From the IMG/VR virus record IMGVR_UViG_3300031992_000025, positions 33,932 through 97,931 of that record: a stretch of 64,000 nt of DNA; one strand, given 5' to 3'. The notes beneath the pieces were generated by a model. That model worked only from the letters and a program-made list of their open reading frames with translations, was not told the origin of the DNA and ran no database searches. Within the stretch, counting starts at the first letter, position 1, and each line of letters begins with the position of its first letter. This document shows, in pieces, positions 9,494-17,039 of this stretch. A program made the position numbers and the translations under genes. Origin of the DNA: a virus. Its lineage: Duplodnaviria; Heunggongvirae; Uroviricota; Caudoviricetes.

Positions 9494-9527
9494 GCATCCT
9501 GAGCATATGTACTCAGGATTTTTTATT
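9494..9527 (+). terminator. rho-independent terminator
   Basis: ATCCTGAG-CATATGTA-CTCAGGAT-TTTTTATT. Confidence 0.7.
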
Positions 9528-9538
9528 GTATAATATAT
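9526..9538 (+). promoter_or_regulatory. extended -10 promoter TTGTATAATATAT
   Basis: immediately after terminator, 14 nt before ATG of 9552 gene. Confidence 0.55.
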
Positions 9539-9551
9539 AGAGGTATTATAT

Positions 9552-10106
9552 ATGCAAGAAGAAATTGAAGCTATTAGAGATGCTTATTATCCAAGTAATA
9601 AGACAGAGGAAGAAAACAAGAAACTTTGTGAAAAGTACCCATTTCTTGCCTGGTATGGAGATCCACTTTATATGGGATATAGTGAAGAGGGTGAACCGAA
9701 TTATAAGTTTACTTGGGAAGATGAAGTGCCAGAAGGCTGGAGAAAAGCTTTTTGTCCTCAAATGTGGGACGAATTAAAAGAAATCCTTGCAAAAGCTGAT
9801 TATATTGATAAATTTAGATTTGTTCAGATTAAAGAAAAATGGGGGCAGTTGAGACTTTATTATAATGGTGTTCCAGAAGAAATCTATGATGAAATAGAAG
9901 CTTGGGAAGCTAAATATGAAAAGCTATCAGAAAAAACTTGTATTCATTGTGGAAAACCTGCTGAGTATATGTCAATAGGCTGGATTTCTCCTTGGTGTGA
10001 AGACTGTGCTAAAGAAATTAATGATGCTGTTATTAAAATTGAAGATACTGATAATTTCTATAATGCACCAAGAGAAGAAAGAATAAAATTTATTATAAAA
10101 TTCTAA
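9552..10106 (+). CDS. hypothetical protein with C-terminal CxxC...CxxC zinc ribbon
   Basis: CIHCGKP...WCEDCAKE; RBS AGAGGTATTATAT-ATG after promoter. Confidence 0.5.
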   Translation: MQEEIEAIRDAYYPSNKTEEENKKLCEKYPFLAWYGDPLYMGYSEEGEPNYKFTWEDEVPEGWRKAFCPQMWDELKEILAKADYIDKFRFVQIKEKWGQLRLYYNGVPEEIYDEIEAWEAKYEKLSEKTCIHCGKPAEYMSIGWISPWCEDCAKEINDAVIKIEDTDNFYNAPREERIKFIIKF

Positions 10107-10157
10107 AAACTATTTACAATTACGGATATTTATAGTATAATATATAAGTATCTTAAT

Positions 10158-10234
10158 CGTCCTATGGAGAAGTAGACTAACTCGGTGCCCTCTCAAGGCA
10201 TTATTCATGGGTGCAAATCCCATTAGGATGACCA
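10158..10234 (+). tRNA. tRNA-Glu(CTC)-like, atypical T-loop TGCAAAT
   Basis: hand fold: acceptor CGTCCTA/TAGGATG, anticodon loop CTCTCAA, CCA encoded. Confidence 0.35.
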
Positions 10235-10351
10235 AAATTAAAAAAAATATTTACAAATTAGAAAAAAAGTTGTATAATATTTATGAGCGTTGAAAAAAGA
10301 TACGCTAAATTAATATGTCAGCAGTGAGCTGGCAAGAAAGACGGAGAAAGT

Positions 10352-10477
10352 ATGAAAAAGACAATGACAATCGTATTATGGAATTGTTCCAATGGATTAG
10401 GTCGCCTTAATTCATATTTTAGCCATGAACAAGATATTAATTTTGGCAAGGGCTCTCCGGTATATTTGACCAGGTAA
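10352..10477 (+). CDS. small ORF (41 aa)
   Basis: GGAGAAAGT-ATG RBS downstream of promoter TTGTATAATATTTAT. Confidence 0.25.
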   Translation: MKKTMTIVLWNCSNGLGRLNSYFSHEQDINFGKGSPVYLTR

Positions 10478-10504
10478 CGTTTAATTACTTTGATTAAATA
10501 AGAA

Positions 10505-10532
10505 CAGGCGAGCCCAAAAGGTTCGCCTTTTT
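10505..10532 (+). terminator. rho-independent terminator
   Basis: AGGCGAGCC-CAAAAG-GTTCGCCT + TTTTTAATT. Confidence 0.6.
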
Positions 10533-10536
10533 AATT

Positions 10537-10621
10537 GCCCAGATGATGGAATAGGTAGACATAGGGGTCTTAAAAACCCCTGGCGCAAGCCGTGCCGGTT
10601 CGAGTCCGGCTCTGGGCACCA
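10537..10621 (+). tRNA. tRNA-Leu(TAA)
   Basis: acceptor GCCCAGA/TCTGGGC, anticodon loop CTTAAAA, long variable arm, CCA encoded. Confidence 0.8.
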
Positions 10622-10626
10622 ATTAT

Positions 10627-10712
10627 GGGAGCGTATTCTTCTAAGGACGGAGGGCGGTCTGTAAAACCGTTGCCATTTGGCTGGCTGGGTTCGATACCCA
10701 GAGCTCCCACCA
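10627..10712 (+). tRNA. tRNA-Tyr(GTA)
   Basis: anticodon loop CTGTAAA, long variable arm, T-loop TTCGATA, CCA encoded. Confidence 0.7.
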
Positions 10713-10720
10713 GAAAACAT

Positions 10721-10797
10721 GTTGAAGCGAATCCGACGGTTTTGGATGACGGTCTGTGAAACCGTATCATAGGGTCCGACTCCCTAGCTTCAACCCA
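10721..10797 (+). tRNA. tRNA-His(GTG)
   Basis: anticodon loop CTGTGAA; 8-bp acceptor with extra 5' G (G-1). Confidence 0.7.
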
Positions 10798-10802
10798 AAT
10801 AC

Positions 10803-10878
10803 GGTCCGGTAGCTCAGTTGGTAGAGCACGTGCCTGAAGAGCATGGTGTCGGCAGTTCGATCCTGCCCTGGACCACCA
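10803..10878 (+). tRNA. tRNA-Phe(GAA)
   Basis: GGTCCGGTAGCTCAGTTGGTAGAGC..CTGAAGA..GGCAGTTCGATCCTGCC. Confidence 0.8.
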
Positions 10879-10897
10879 TTTAAAAGAAAGGAACAGT

Positions 10898-11314
10898 ATG
10901 AAAGTTGTATTCTTAGACATTGATGGAGTCCTAAATGATGCAATCACAACAATGGACTTACTGGACGATAAGCCAAAGAAAGAGCATTTAGAGTGTCTAA
11001 AAGCAATTATTGATGCTACAGATGCTAAAATTGTCTTATCTTCAACTTGGCGATTATTCCCAAGCGCAAGAAATGATGTAAAAAATGCTCTAAGAAATGT
11101 CGGTCTTGAATTTATAGACAAAACAAAAGAACTTAGAGATAGAGCATCTGAAATTAAAGAATGGCTAAGTAGACACCCAGAAGTTGAAAAATTTGTAATC
11201 TTAGATGATGAAGAAATTTCTGGAAAGTTCCCTGATAACTTAGTTCAAACGACTTTCTACAGAGGCTTATTGCCAGAACATGTTGAAAAGGCAATAAAAA
11301 TCTTAAATTCTTAA
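10898..11314 (+). CDS. HAD-superfamily phosphatase-like protein
   Basis: VFLDIDGVLND motif I (DxDG), small 138-aa HAD-like fold; RBS AAAGGAACAGT-ATG. Confidence 0.5.
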   Translation: MKVVFLDIDGVLNDAITTMDLLDDKPKKEHLECLKAIIDATDAKIVLSSTWRLFPSARNDVKNALRNVGLEFIDKTKELRDRASEIKEWLSRHPEVEKFVILDDEEISGKFPDNLVQTTFYRGLLPEHVEKAIKILNS

Positions 11315-11349
11315 AAATTATATTTACAATTAGAAATGGTTGTAGTATA

Positions 11350-11580
11350 ATATAAATGTTGAATATGATAGCTGAAAAGACCATCACTCAGTAAGCTTGA
11401 ATAGAGTAGGTATGACGACTCCTGACACCGCTTAGTCGTCACGTCTATGGGCAAAATCTCATAGCAGCAGGCTAATGCTGTAAAACTTAGTCTAGGGTAC
11501 AGCTAATACGAACGTGGTAAAGGCCGAGGCCGAAGAAGGGCATAACAGGAGCGGACACCCTCTAAAGAGTGGGGCCACCA
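11350..11580 (+). ncRNA. candidate structured ncRNA ending in GGGGCCACCA
   Basis: ORF-free about 230 nt between promoter TTGTAGTATAATATAAAT and tRNA-Ile; internal hairpin TGACGACT..AGTCGTCA. Confidence 0.3.
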
Positions 11581-11585
11581 GATAT

Positions 11586-11661
11586 TGGAGCGTAGCTTAG
11601 TTGGTAAAGCACTCGGCCGATAACCGAGAGACCGCCGGTTCAAGTCCGGCCGCTCCAACCA
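11586..11661 (+). tRNA. tRNA-Ile(GAT)
   Basis: anticodon loop CCGATAA, acceptor TGGAGCG/CGCTCCA, CCA encoded. Confidence 0.8.
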
Positions 11662-11665
11662 ACAT

Positions 11666-11741
11666 AGGGGAGTAGCCAAGCGGTAAGGCATCGCCCTTTG
11701 AAGGCGACAGTACGAAGGTTCGATCCCTTCCTCCCCTGCCA
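11666..11741 (+). tRNA. tRNA-Gln(TTG)
   Basis: anticodon stem TCGCC/GGCGA loop CTTTGAA. Confidence 0.75.
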
Positions 11742-11744
11742 ATA

Positions 11745-11833
11745 TGCTGTAATAATGTAACAGGTAGCAGGTCCTAGCGCCATAGACGTATGGCAAATGC
11801 AGAGGGGAATTGGTTCAAGTCCAATTTACAGCA
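11745..11833 (+). ncRNA. tRNA-like element lacking an anticodon (hairpin GCCATA-GACG-TATGGC in place of anticodon arm)
   Basis: acceptor TGCTGTA/TACAGCA, T-arm AATTGG-TTCAAGT-CCAATT. Confidence 0.35.
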
Positions 11834-11840
11834 ACTATCT

Positions 11841-11915
11841 TGAGATGTCGACAAGCGGTAAGTCATCTGGCTCTGAACCAGATATTCCTTGGTTCGAATC
11901 CAAGCATCTCAGCCA
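11841..11915 (+). tRNA. tRNA-Gln(CTG)
   Basis: anticodon stem TCTGG/CCAGA loop CTCTGAA, CCA encoded. Confidence 0.75.
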
Positions 11916-11917
11916 GT

Positions 11918-11982
11918 AGAGCCTATACTTATTTCTGTCTAGAGACAATTGCCTGCAACGCGATCATTATAGTTAGGCCAAT
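11918..11982 (+). repeat. bipartite bulged-helix motif copy 3 (AGAGCCTATACTTATTTCT ... AGTTAGGCCAA)
   Basis: GCCTA-T-AC pairs GT-TAGGC; 34-nt insert; immediately after tRNA-Gln CCA. Confidence 0.7.
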
Positions 11983-11986
11983 AAAT

Positions 11987-12060
11987 AGGAGTTTGGTATA
12001 GTGGCCGTGCCTTGGTCTCCAAAACCAATGAGGTGAGTTCGATTCTTACAACTCCTGCCA
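11987..12060 (+). tRNA. tRNA-Trp(CCA)
   Basis: anticodon stem TTGGT/ACCAA loop CTCCAAA. Confidence 0.75.
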
Positions 12061-12065
12061 AATAT

Positions 12066-12154
12066 AGAAGGTTGGGAGAGCTGGTCTATTCCGCTTGTCT
12101 AGAAAACAAGAATGTCGCAAGGCATCATCCGTTCGAATCGGATACCTTCTGCCA
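12066..12154 (+). tRNA. tRNA-Ser(AGA), type II, A34
   Basis: anticodon stem CTTGT/ACAAG loop CTAGAAA, long variable arm; anticodon assignment tentative. Confidence 0.5.
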
Positions 12155-12158
12155 GAAT

Positions 12159-12246
12159 GGAGAGTTGGCCGAGTGGTCGAAGGCGTCTGTCTTGAAAACA
12201 GAAGTGGGGCAACCCACCTGGGGTTCGAATCCCTAACTCTCCGCCA
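12159..12246 (+). tRNA. tRNA-Ser(TGA)
   Basis: anticodon stem TCTGT/ACAGA loop CTTGAAA, long variable arm. Confidence 0.8.
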
Positions 12247-12291
12247 TAAAAACTGTTTACAACTCAGTATAAATGTTGTATAATATAAAAT

Positions 12292-12366
12292 GCGGGTATA
12301 GACAAGTGGTTAAGTCATGCGCCTTTCACGCGTATATCGCCGGTTCGAATCCGACTACCCGTACCA
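12292..12366 (+). tRNA. tRNA-Glu(TTC)
   Basis: anticodon loop CTTTCAC, preceded by promoter TTGTATAATATAAAAT. Confidence 0.7.
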
Positions 12367-12477
12367 AATTAATTTAATATTAGTACCTACTTGCTTAATG
12401 CTAGCAACAAGCAGACAAAAAAGAATGCCAGGTGAAACCGCTTTTACAGGTTTAGGTTGGGAGTAGCCACTTATTAT

Positions 12478-12552
12478 GGGTCATTAGCTCAATGGTAGAG
12501 CGGCCGGCTGTTAACCGGTTGACGACTGTTCGATTTCAGTCATGGCCCGCCA
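12478..12552 (+). tRNA. tRNA-Asn(GTT)
   Basis: anticodon stem GCCGG/CCGGT loop CTGTTAA. Confidence 0.75.
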
Positions 12553-12556
12553 TACA

Positions 12557-12660
12557 TGCGGTTGTTCGAAATTGGTATACGGTAATAGTTAAGCTATTAC
12601 AAGGCACTGGCAAGCATGCTGAAGTCATGTGTTTAGAGGTTCAAGTCCTCTCATCCGCAA
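12557..12660 (+). ncRNA. atypical long tRNA-like element (about 104 nt)
   Basis: T-arm AGAGG-TTCAAGT-CCTCT, acceptor-like GCGGTTG/CATCCGC, extra hairpin GTAATAG-TTAAG-CTATTAC. Confidence 0.3.
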
Positions 12661-12665
12661 CAAAT

Positions 12666-12760
12666 ATGCCCTTGGTCGTCTAATATGGTTAAGACGCGGC
12701 GTTATAAAGATAGAAGTGTACAGCTATCAAGTTGAGATGTGGTTACAATCCACTAAGGGG
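12666..12760 (+). ncRNA. atypical long tRNA-like element (about 95 nt)
   Basis: closing helix GCCCTT/AAGGGGC, T-arm GTGG-TTACAAT-CCAC, no clean anticodon arm. Confidence 0.3.
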
Positions 12761-12770
12761 CAGCTAAAAT

Positions 12771-12845
12771 GGATCGCTCGTATATCAGCTAGTATACTTG
12801 GCTGTCTACCATGGGAGGAGGGTTCGATTCCCTCGCGGTCCGCCA
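12771..12845 (+). tRNA. tRNA-Asp(GTC)
   Basis: anticodon loop CTGTCTA (one stem mismatch), acceptor GGATCGC/GCGGTCC. Confidence 0.55.
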
Positions 12846-12847
12846 AA

Positions 12848-12931
12848 AGAGCCTATACTTATTTCTTAATGGTTTTTGAAGGTTCGATTCCTTCATTACC
12901 CGCTTTGGGTGATGATATTAGTTAGGCCAAA
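12848..12931 (+). repeat. bipartite bulged-helix motif copy 4 enclosing a permuted tRNA minihelix
   Basis: AGAGCCTATACTTATTTCT + T-arm GAAGG-TTCGATT-CCTTC + acceptor 3' ATTACCC-G + CTTT + complementary 5' strand GGGTGAT + AGTTAGGCCAA. Confidence 0.65.
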
Positions 12932-12982
12932 GTTTATTTAGAAAGGAGAAAGCTTATGTAATTGTTAAAGGAGGACATAACG

Positions 12983-13234
12983 ATGAGTTATAGTCGAAAA
13001 CAATTTGATAAGCAAAAGCTAAAAAAGCTTGCAAAAAATAGCTGTAATGGCTGGAAAGGTGGCGCATATTATAGTCGCTATTTAGGCCATTATGTTCGTT
13101 GGTGGAAAAGTAAAGGTAGGAATAGTAGATATGCTTACTATAAAAAATTCTATCGCAAACGAATGAGAAGATTTGCAAACAAAAATGGTTGGTATTCTAA
13201 AAAAGAGTTCGATTTAATTTGGACTTGTTGGTAA
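12983..13234 (+). CDS. small basic Arg/Lys/Tyr/Trp-rich protein
   Basis: RBS AAAGGAGGACATAACG-ATG; 83 aa, highly basic. Confidence 0.4.
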   Translation: MSYSRKQFDKQKLKKLAKNSCNGWKGGAYYSRYLGHYVRWWKSKGRNSRYAYYKKFYRKRMRRFANKNGWYSKKEFDLIWTCW

Positions 13235-13239
13235 AATTA

Positions 13240-13253
13240 TTGTATAATATAAT
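13240..13253 (+). promoter_or_regulatory. extended -10 promoter TTGTATAATATAAT
   Basis: drives ncRNA candidate plus tRNA-Met cluster. Confidence 0.55.
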
Positions 13254-13254
13254 A

Positions 13255-13537
13255 GAGCTTACTTAACTGTTGGCTTAGAAGCAGCCATCATATAATGAGT
13301 GACCAACAGAACGTAAGGTGGTGCATCACTGAAATGAAGCGTCCCTAAATTACTGGATGAGAAATGGGACGTAAAACTGTCGGGAGTCAATAAAAATCTA
13401 TAATTTGGTAAGGGTGGTCAGAGTACCATTCTTAACTAAGAGCGTGCTGTAGGCACAGTAAATGCAGTATAATCAATGTTATAGAGTGCCCTAAGAGTCT
13501 TTGGCGTAGTAGCACATAAGTAAGTTCTTTATAACAT
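13255..13537 (+). ncRNA. candidate structured ncRNA (about 280 nt) transcribed from TTGTATAATATAAT promoter
   Basis: ORF-free, GC-richer than surroundings, directly upstream of tRNA-Met. Confidence 0.35.
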
Positions 13538-13613
13538 TGCGGGGTGCTAGCAGCGGTAGCTAACTGGGCTCATAACCCAGAGGTCGTAGGTTCGATTCCT
13601 ACCCCCGCGACCA
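13538..13613 (+). tRNA. tRNA-Met(CAT), initiator-like
   Basis: anticodon stem CTGGG/CCCAG (three G-C pairs next to loop) loop CTCATAA. Confidence 0.7.
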
Positions 13614-13617
13614 ATAT

Positions 13618-13732
13618 TGCATGATAGTCGAGTGGAAGAGACGACCGCATACATAAGCGGTGGACACAGCTGAAAGTAAATTCTAGATAGGAGTAAGCTA
13701 GAGCGGAGGTTCGATTCCTTCTCATGCGACCA
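13618..13732 (+). ncRNA. atypical 115-nt tRNA-like with 8-nt anticodon-type loop and about 45-nt extra arm
   Basis: acceptor TGCATGA/TCATGCG-A-CCA, T-arm GGAGG-TTCGATT-CCTTC, stem ACCGC/GCGGT with loop ATACATAA. Confidence 0.35.
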
Positions 13733-13734
13733 GA

Positions 13735-14010
13735 GGCAGGTTTTCATCGATTTTAGAGCCTCGCACATAAGAAAATCGATAGATAGACGGACTATGTACA
13801 AGATATGTCTAATCTAAAAAAGGAAAGGTTGTACACCAGAAATTTGGTCGGCTAGTTGGCGTAAACCTAGCAATAGGAGCGTTTGCAACAGACCCTCAAT
13901 AACTGCAGTGAGAGGGCAAGCACGAGCTTACAAGAAGAGACTGCGACGGATGAAATATTCCTAGAGCTCTTGAGCTGAGAGCACAAGGTTCACTGGGCAA
14001 AGAACAAAAC
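13735..14010 (+). ncRNA. candidate structured ncRNA (about 275 nt)
   Basis: ORF-free, 9-bp hairpin ATCGATTTT/AAAATCGAT with loop AGAGCCTCGCACATAAG. Confidence 0.3.
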
Positions 14011-14012
14011 AC

Positions 14013-14089
14013 GGACCGTTGGTGTAGTGGCCTTGCATGCTTCTCTGTCACGGAAGAGATCACGAGTTCGAATCTCGTACGGTCCGCCA
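14013..14089 (+). tRNA. tRNA-Asp(GTC)
   Basis: anticodon stem CTTCT/GGAAG loop CTGTCAC, acceptor GGACCGT/ACGGTCC. Confidence 0.75.
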
Positions 14090-14094
14090 TAGTT

Positions 14095-14202
14095 AGAGCC
14101 AATACTTATTTCTTAGCGAGGTAGCTCAGAGGTTAGAGCAGCAGATATTAATCTGAAGGTCGTAGGTTCAAGTCCTTCCCTTGCCAGGCCTAGTTTGGCC
14201 GA
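14095..14202 (+). repeat. bipartite bulged-helix motif copy 5 enclosing an anticodon-less tRNA-like unit
   Basis: AGAGCCAATACTTATTTCT ... GTTTGGCC (GCCAA/TTGGC covariation); insert 14115-14186 has acceptor, D-arm, T-arm and hairpin CAGAT-ATTA-ATCTG instead of anticodon loop. Confidence 0.65.
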
Positions 14203-14205
14203 TCT

Positions 14206-14282
14206 GGCTGGGTGGCCAAGCTGGTTAAGGCACAAAGCTCATACCTTTGGGATCGTCAGTTCAAATCTGACCCCAGCTACCA
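14206..14282 (+). tRNA. tRNA-Met/Ile2(CAT), elongator-type
   Basis: anticodon stem CAAAG/CTTTG loop CTCATAC. Confidence 0.7.
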
Positions 14283-14285
14283 TTT

Positions 14286-14363
14286 AGAGCTTATACTTAT
14301 TTCTTGAATGCTGTGGTTCGAATCCACCTTGCCTGTGGGGAGCGGAAAGTAGTTAAGCCAAAT
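14286..14363 (+). repeat. bipartite bulged-helix motif copy 6 enclosing tRNA 3'-fragment
   Basis: AGAGCTTATACTTATTTCT ... AGTTAAGCCAAAT (GCTTA/TAAGC covariation); insert has T-arm GTGG-TTCGAAT-CCAC. Confidence 0.65.
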
Positions 14364-14365
14364 AC

Positions 14366-14441
14366 GCACTCTTAACTCAACTGGGAGAGTGCTACCCTTA
14401 CAAGGTAGAAGTTGTAGGTCCGAGTCCTACAGAGTGCACCA
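14366..14441 (+). tRNA. tRNA-Val(TAC)
   Basis: anticodon stem CTACC/GGTAG loop CTTACAA. Confidence 0.8.
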
Positions 14442-14581
14442 TGGCATGTATGCAATTAGAAAACGCAACCTGCCGGTAAAGTAGGCGCTCCGAGTAGTCT
14501 CGAAGTAGGAGCTTTGTGGAATATTGCTAAATCGAGACTTTAGTAACAATATTCTAGGTGTAATTCCCACCATGCCAACCA
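14442..14581 (+). ncRNA. 140-nt tRNA-like RNA (acceptor TGGCATG/CATGCCA-A-CCA) with large internal insertion
   Basis: 7-bp terminal helix plus ACCA; T-loop-like GGTG-TAATTCC-CACC. Confidence 0.3.
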
Positions 14582-14585
14582 ATTT

Positions 14586-14660
14586 GCAGACGTAGGACAA
14601 TGGTTAGTCCATCGCCTTGCCAAGGCGAATATACGGGTTCGATTCCCGCCGTCTGCTCCA
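14586..14660 (+). tRNA. tRNA-Gly(GCC)
   Basis: anticodon stem TCGCC/GGCGA loop TTGCCAA. Confidence 0.7.
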
Positions 14661-14731
14661 CCAGGACAGATAAAGATTAGTTTCTTTATTAGGTTCTAAG
14701 GCTGGACAAATCGATAAAACCAGCCAGTTAT

Positions 14732-14806
14732 GCGGGTGTCGTCCAACGGTCAGGGCCTCTGCCTTCCAAGCAGAAGATACCGGTTCGATTCCGGCCACCC
14801 GCTCCA
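14732..14806 (+). tRNA. tRNA-Gly(TCC)
   Basis: anticodon stem TCTGC/GCAGA loop CTTCCAA. Confidence 0.75.
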
Positions 14807-14834
14807 TTAGCAGTATTTAAAAGGAGAAAAAACA

Positions 14835-14930
14835 ATGAAAACAATGAAACTCAGTCGTCTAAGTTGTCGAAGCTGTAAAGCTTGTTTTCGTTGTCTCAGT
14901 ATAAATACCGCGTTAGCTCAGCTGGATTAG
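14835..14930 (+). CDS. Cys-rich micro-ORF (31 aa, C-x2-C-x2-C-x2-C) reading into tRNA-Arg
   Basis: strong RBS AAAAGGAGAAAAAACA-ATG. Confidence 0.25.
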   Translation: MKTMKLSRLSCRSCKACFRCLSINTALAQLD

Positions 14931-14984
14931 AGCATTTGGCTACGAACCAAAAGGTCGAGGGTCCGAATCCTTCACGCGGTGCCA
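14907..14984 (+). tRNA. tRNA-Arg(ACG)
   Basis: anticodon stem TTTGG/CCAAA loop CTACGAA. Confidence 0.75.
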
Positions 14985-14985
14985 A

Positions 14986-15060
14986 GCTTTGGTAGCCAAG
15001 TGGTTAAGGCTTCGGTCTGCAACACCGACATCGTGGGTTCGAATCCCACCCAAAGCTCCA
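14986..15060 (+). tRNA. tRNA-Cys(GCA)
   Basis: anticodon stem TCGGT/ACCGA loop CTGCAAC. Confidence 0.8.
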
Positions 15061-15095
15061 AAATCTAGCTTTTTATGTTGTATAATATAATAGTT

Positions 15096-15173
15096 CCTCC
15101 CGTAGCTTAGTCAGGTTAAAGCGAACGCCTTATAAGCGTTAGATCGGTGGTTCAAATCCACCCAGGAGGACCA
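15096..15173 (+). tRNA. tRNA-Ile(TAT)
   Basis: anticodon stem AACGC/GCGTT loop CTTATAA; preceded by promoter TTGTATAATATAAT. Confidence 0.6.
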
Positions 15174-15248
15174 TCAAGCTAGTTATTTGCCTGTCAGAAG
15201 CCCTGTTAGAGGAAGCTGGGCTTATAATTAGCTTATTTTAATAAAGAG

Positions 15249-15845
15249 GTGCTTATGGAAATTAGATTTGTTGATGAAAGCAAAGAAGCCACTGGTAAAG
15301 TAAAAGAGGCACAAGAAGCATTAGATGAGCTCATTGATAAAAAGTCTGGTGAAGCTAAGGAAAATCCAGATTATTTAGCATTAATGGCAAAATATAAAAA
15401 AAGCTTAACTAATATTAATAAAGATGCTTGCGGCAGTCCTTGGGAATGGAGTTGGGGCTTAGACTATTTTGTTGAATTTCTTCGTTTTATGCAAGAATAT
15501 TATAAATTAGGCATTAATGTTTGGGCAATGGAGAGACGAGATGAAGATCCTAAAAAATATAAAAATTATCCAACTAGATATGAGAGTATTTCTAAAGCTC
15601 TTAGCTACTATGATAAGTGGCAAAATTTAGAAGAAGAATATATTACAGTAATTGATCACCCAGAGACACGAAAAACACATGAAAATGATGATGGAACAAT
15701 TACTGTTGATGATCTTGGCTTTCATTGTGAATATAAATTTGGTTCTGCTAAGAAAACATATAGAAAACTTCATAAGGATCAAAAGAAATATAAAAAGTTA
15801 TTTTTTAAAACTGTAATGAACTATTTAGAAGAATGGTGGGATTAA
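15249..15845 (+). CDS. hypothetical protein
   Basis: RBS AAAGAGGTGCTT-ATG. Confidence 0.5.
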   Translation: MLMEIRFVDESKEATGKVKEAQEALDELIDKKSGEAKENPDYLALMAKYKKSLTNINKDACGSPWEWSWGLDYFVEFLRFMQEYYKLGINVWAMERRDEDPKKYKNYPTRYESISKALSYYDKWQNLEEEYITVIDHPETRKTHENDDGTITVDDLGFHCEYKFGSAKKTYRKLHKDQKKYKKLFFKTVMNYLEEWWD

Positions 15846-15883
15846 TTAAGTCTCATTGAAAATCTCACTGAAGAAAACTTGCT

Positions 15884-15971
15884 GGAGGCATGGAGTAATG
15901 GTATCTCATCACCCTGCTAAGGTGACCATCGGGCAACTGATGTCCGCGTTCGAGTCGCGGTGCCTCCGCCA
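15884..15971 (+). tRNA. tRNA-Ser(GCT)
   Basis: anticodon stem TCACC/GGTGA loop CTGCTAA, long variable arm. Confidence 0.8.
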
Positions 15972-15973
15972 TA

Positions 15974-16306
15974 TTGAAAGGAAATTTTATGAAAGCATAT
16001 TTTATAGCAACTGCAAATGATTGTAAAAAAGATGAGCTTGGTTGGTTAGACTGGGGTAAATCTTTACGTGTTGTTGGTTTCTTTGAAGACATGGAAACTG
16101 CAAAAAAAGCAGTAGAAGAAAATTGGGGAGATATATATGAAGATGGTTATTATAAATATGCTATTATAGAAGAAAGAGAAGATGGTCTATATTCTCATTG
16201 TGAAAGCCCATTATTCTATAAGTGGGAAGGCACAATAAAAGATGGTGGCTATAAACAAATAGAAAGGCCAGAAGCTACAAAAGGCTTTTGTAATTTCACA
16301 ATCTAG
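15974..16306 (+). CDS. hypothetical protein
   Basis: RBS GAAAGGAAATTTT-ATG. Confidence 0.5.
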   Translation: MKGNFMKAYFIATANDCKKDELGWLDWGKSLRVVGFFEDMETAKKAVEENWGDIYEDGYYKYAIIEEREDGLYSHCESPLFYKWEGTIKDGGYKQIERPEATKGFCNFTI

Positions 16307-16308
16307 TT

Positions 16309-16392
16309 GCCCAGATGGTGGAATGGTAGACACCCGTGGCTTAGAACCACGTGCCGAAAGGCGTGCAGGTTCAAATCCTGTTCTGGGCACCA
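16309..16392 (+). tRNA. tRNA-Leu(TAG)
   Basis: anticodon stem CGTGG/CCACG loop CTTAGAA, long variable arm. Confidence 0.8.
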
Positions 16393-16399
16393 TTATTCT

Positions 16400-16485
16400 G
16401 CGCGAGTGATGAAATGGTAGACATGTGAGTCTAAGAAGCTCATGCCAGCAATGGTGTGTGGGTTCAAGTCCCACCTTGCGCACCA
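16400..16485 (+). tRNA. tRNA-Leu(AAG), type II, A34
   Basis: anticodon stem TGAGT/GCTCA loop CTAAGAA, long variable arm; anticodon assignment tentative. Confidence 0.5.
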
Positions 16486-16528
16486 TATTTATTTAAATTA
16501 AATTGTATAATATATAGAGGATTATTAT

Positions 16529-16858
16529 ATGTATACTTTACAAGAATTAATTGAAAAAGGCTATATTGATAGCATTAAAACTGATGGGACTCATCTTGGT
16601 GATGGTTATACCATTGTTGTAAAATTAAGTAGATATTCTATTGGCAGAATTACTATTGATGTTGGTATTGATGAATATTTAGATGATGCAGTTAGACTTA
16701 TTAATGGTATTATCAATATTCAAGAAGAATTAAATAAGGAAGCTACATCAAAAGAAAGTCCAATAGTTAGAAAAGCACCTGCAGAAGAATTAAAAGAAGT
16801 ACTTACTGGAACAGAAATTAAAGAAACAAAAATTAGCCCAGAGGATTATGCTGAATAA
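16529..16858 (+). CDS. hypothetical protein
   Basis: RBS AGAGGATTATTAT-ATG after promoter TTGTATAATATAT. Confidence 0.5.
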   Translation: MYTLQELIEKGYIDSIKTDGTHLGDGYTIVVKLSRYSIGRITIDVGIDEYLDDAVRLINGIINIQEELNKEATSKESPIVRKAPAEELKEVLTGTEIKETKISPEDYAE

Positions 16859-17031
16859 TGAAACATATAATTAAAGATGGTATTTATTATTTATATTCAG
16901 ATACTGATGCTGAACTAATGTCAATTACACTTACCAGTGAACCAGAAAATCAAGTTATTATAAAAACAGAGAATGAAGTTTATGCTGGTCCCGTAAAATT
17001 TATTAAATTTTCTGAAGATATAACGACAAAA
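16858..17031 (+). CDS. small hypothetical protein (57 aa)
   Basis: ATG overlapping previous stop (TAATGA). Confidence 0.35.
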
Positions 17032-17039
17032 TAAGCCGT

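Noticed and set aside
10481-11121. Minus-strand ORFs (79 and 183 aa) across the first tRNA cluster
   Set aside because: They overlap well-folded + strand tRNA genes and are translations of tRNA antisense sequence (Pro/Ser/Arg-rich, no RBS). Other reverse ORFs do the same (11503-11796, 13547-13801, 13896-14102, 14604-14807, 15865-16092, 16211-16486).
12629-12925. 98-aa + strand ORF spanning tRNA-like elements, tRNA-Asp and motif copy 4
   Set aside because: It covers several independently folded RNA genes and is an incidental stop-free stretch.
12954-13178. Minus-strand 74-aa ORF opposite the basic small protein gene
   Set aside because: The + strand ORF has a canonical RBS and fits the genome-wide + strand polarity; the minus ORF is Tyr/Ser-rich antisense noise.
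10501-16500. CRISPR array
   Set aside because: The repeated elements are tRNA genes and the bipartite motif with variable-length inserts. There are no regularly spaced direct repeats with unique spacers.
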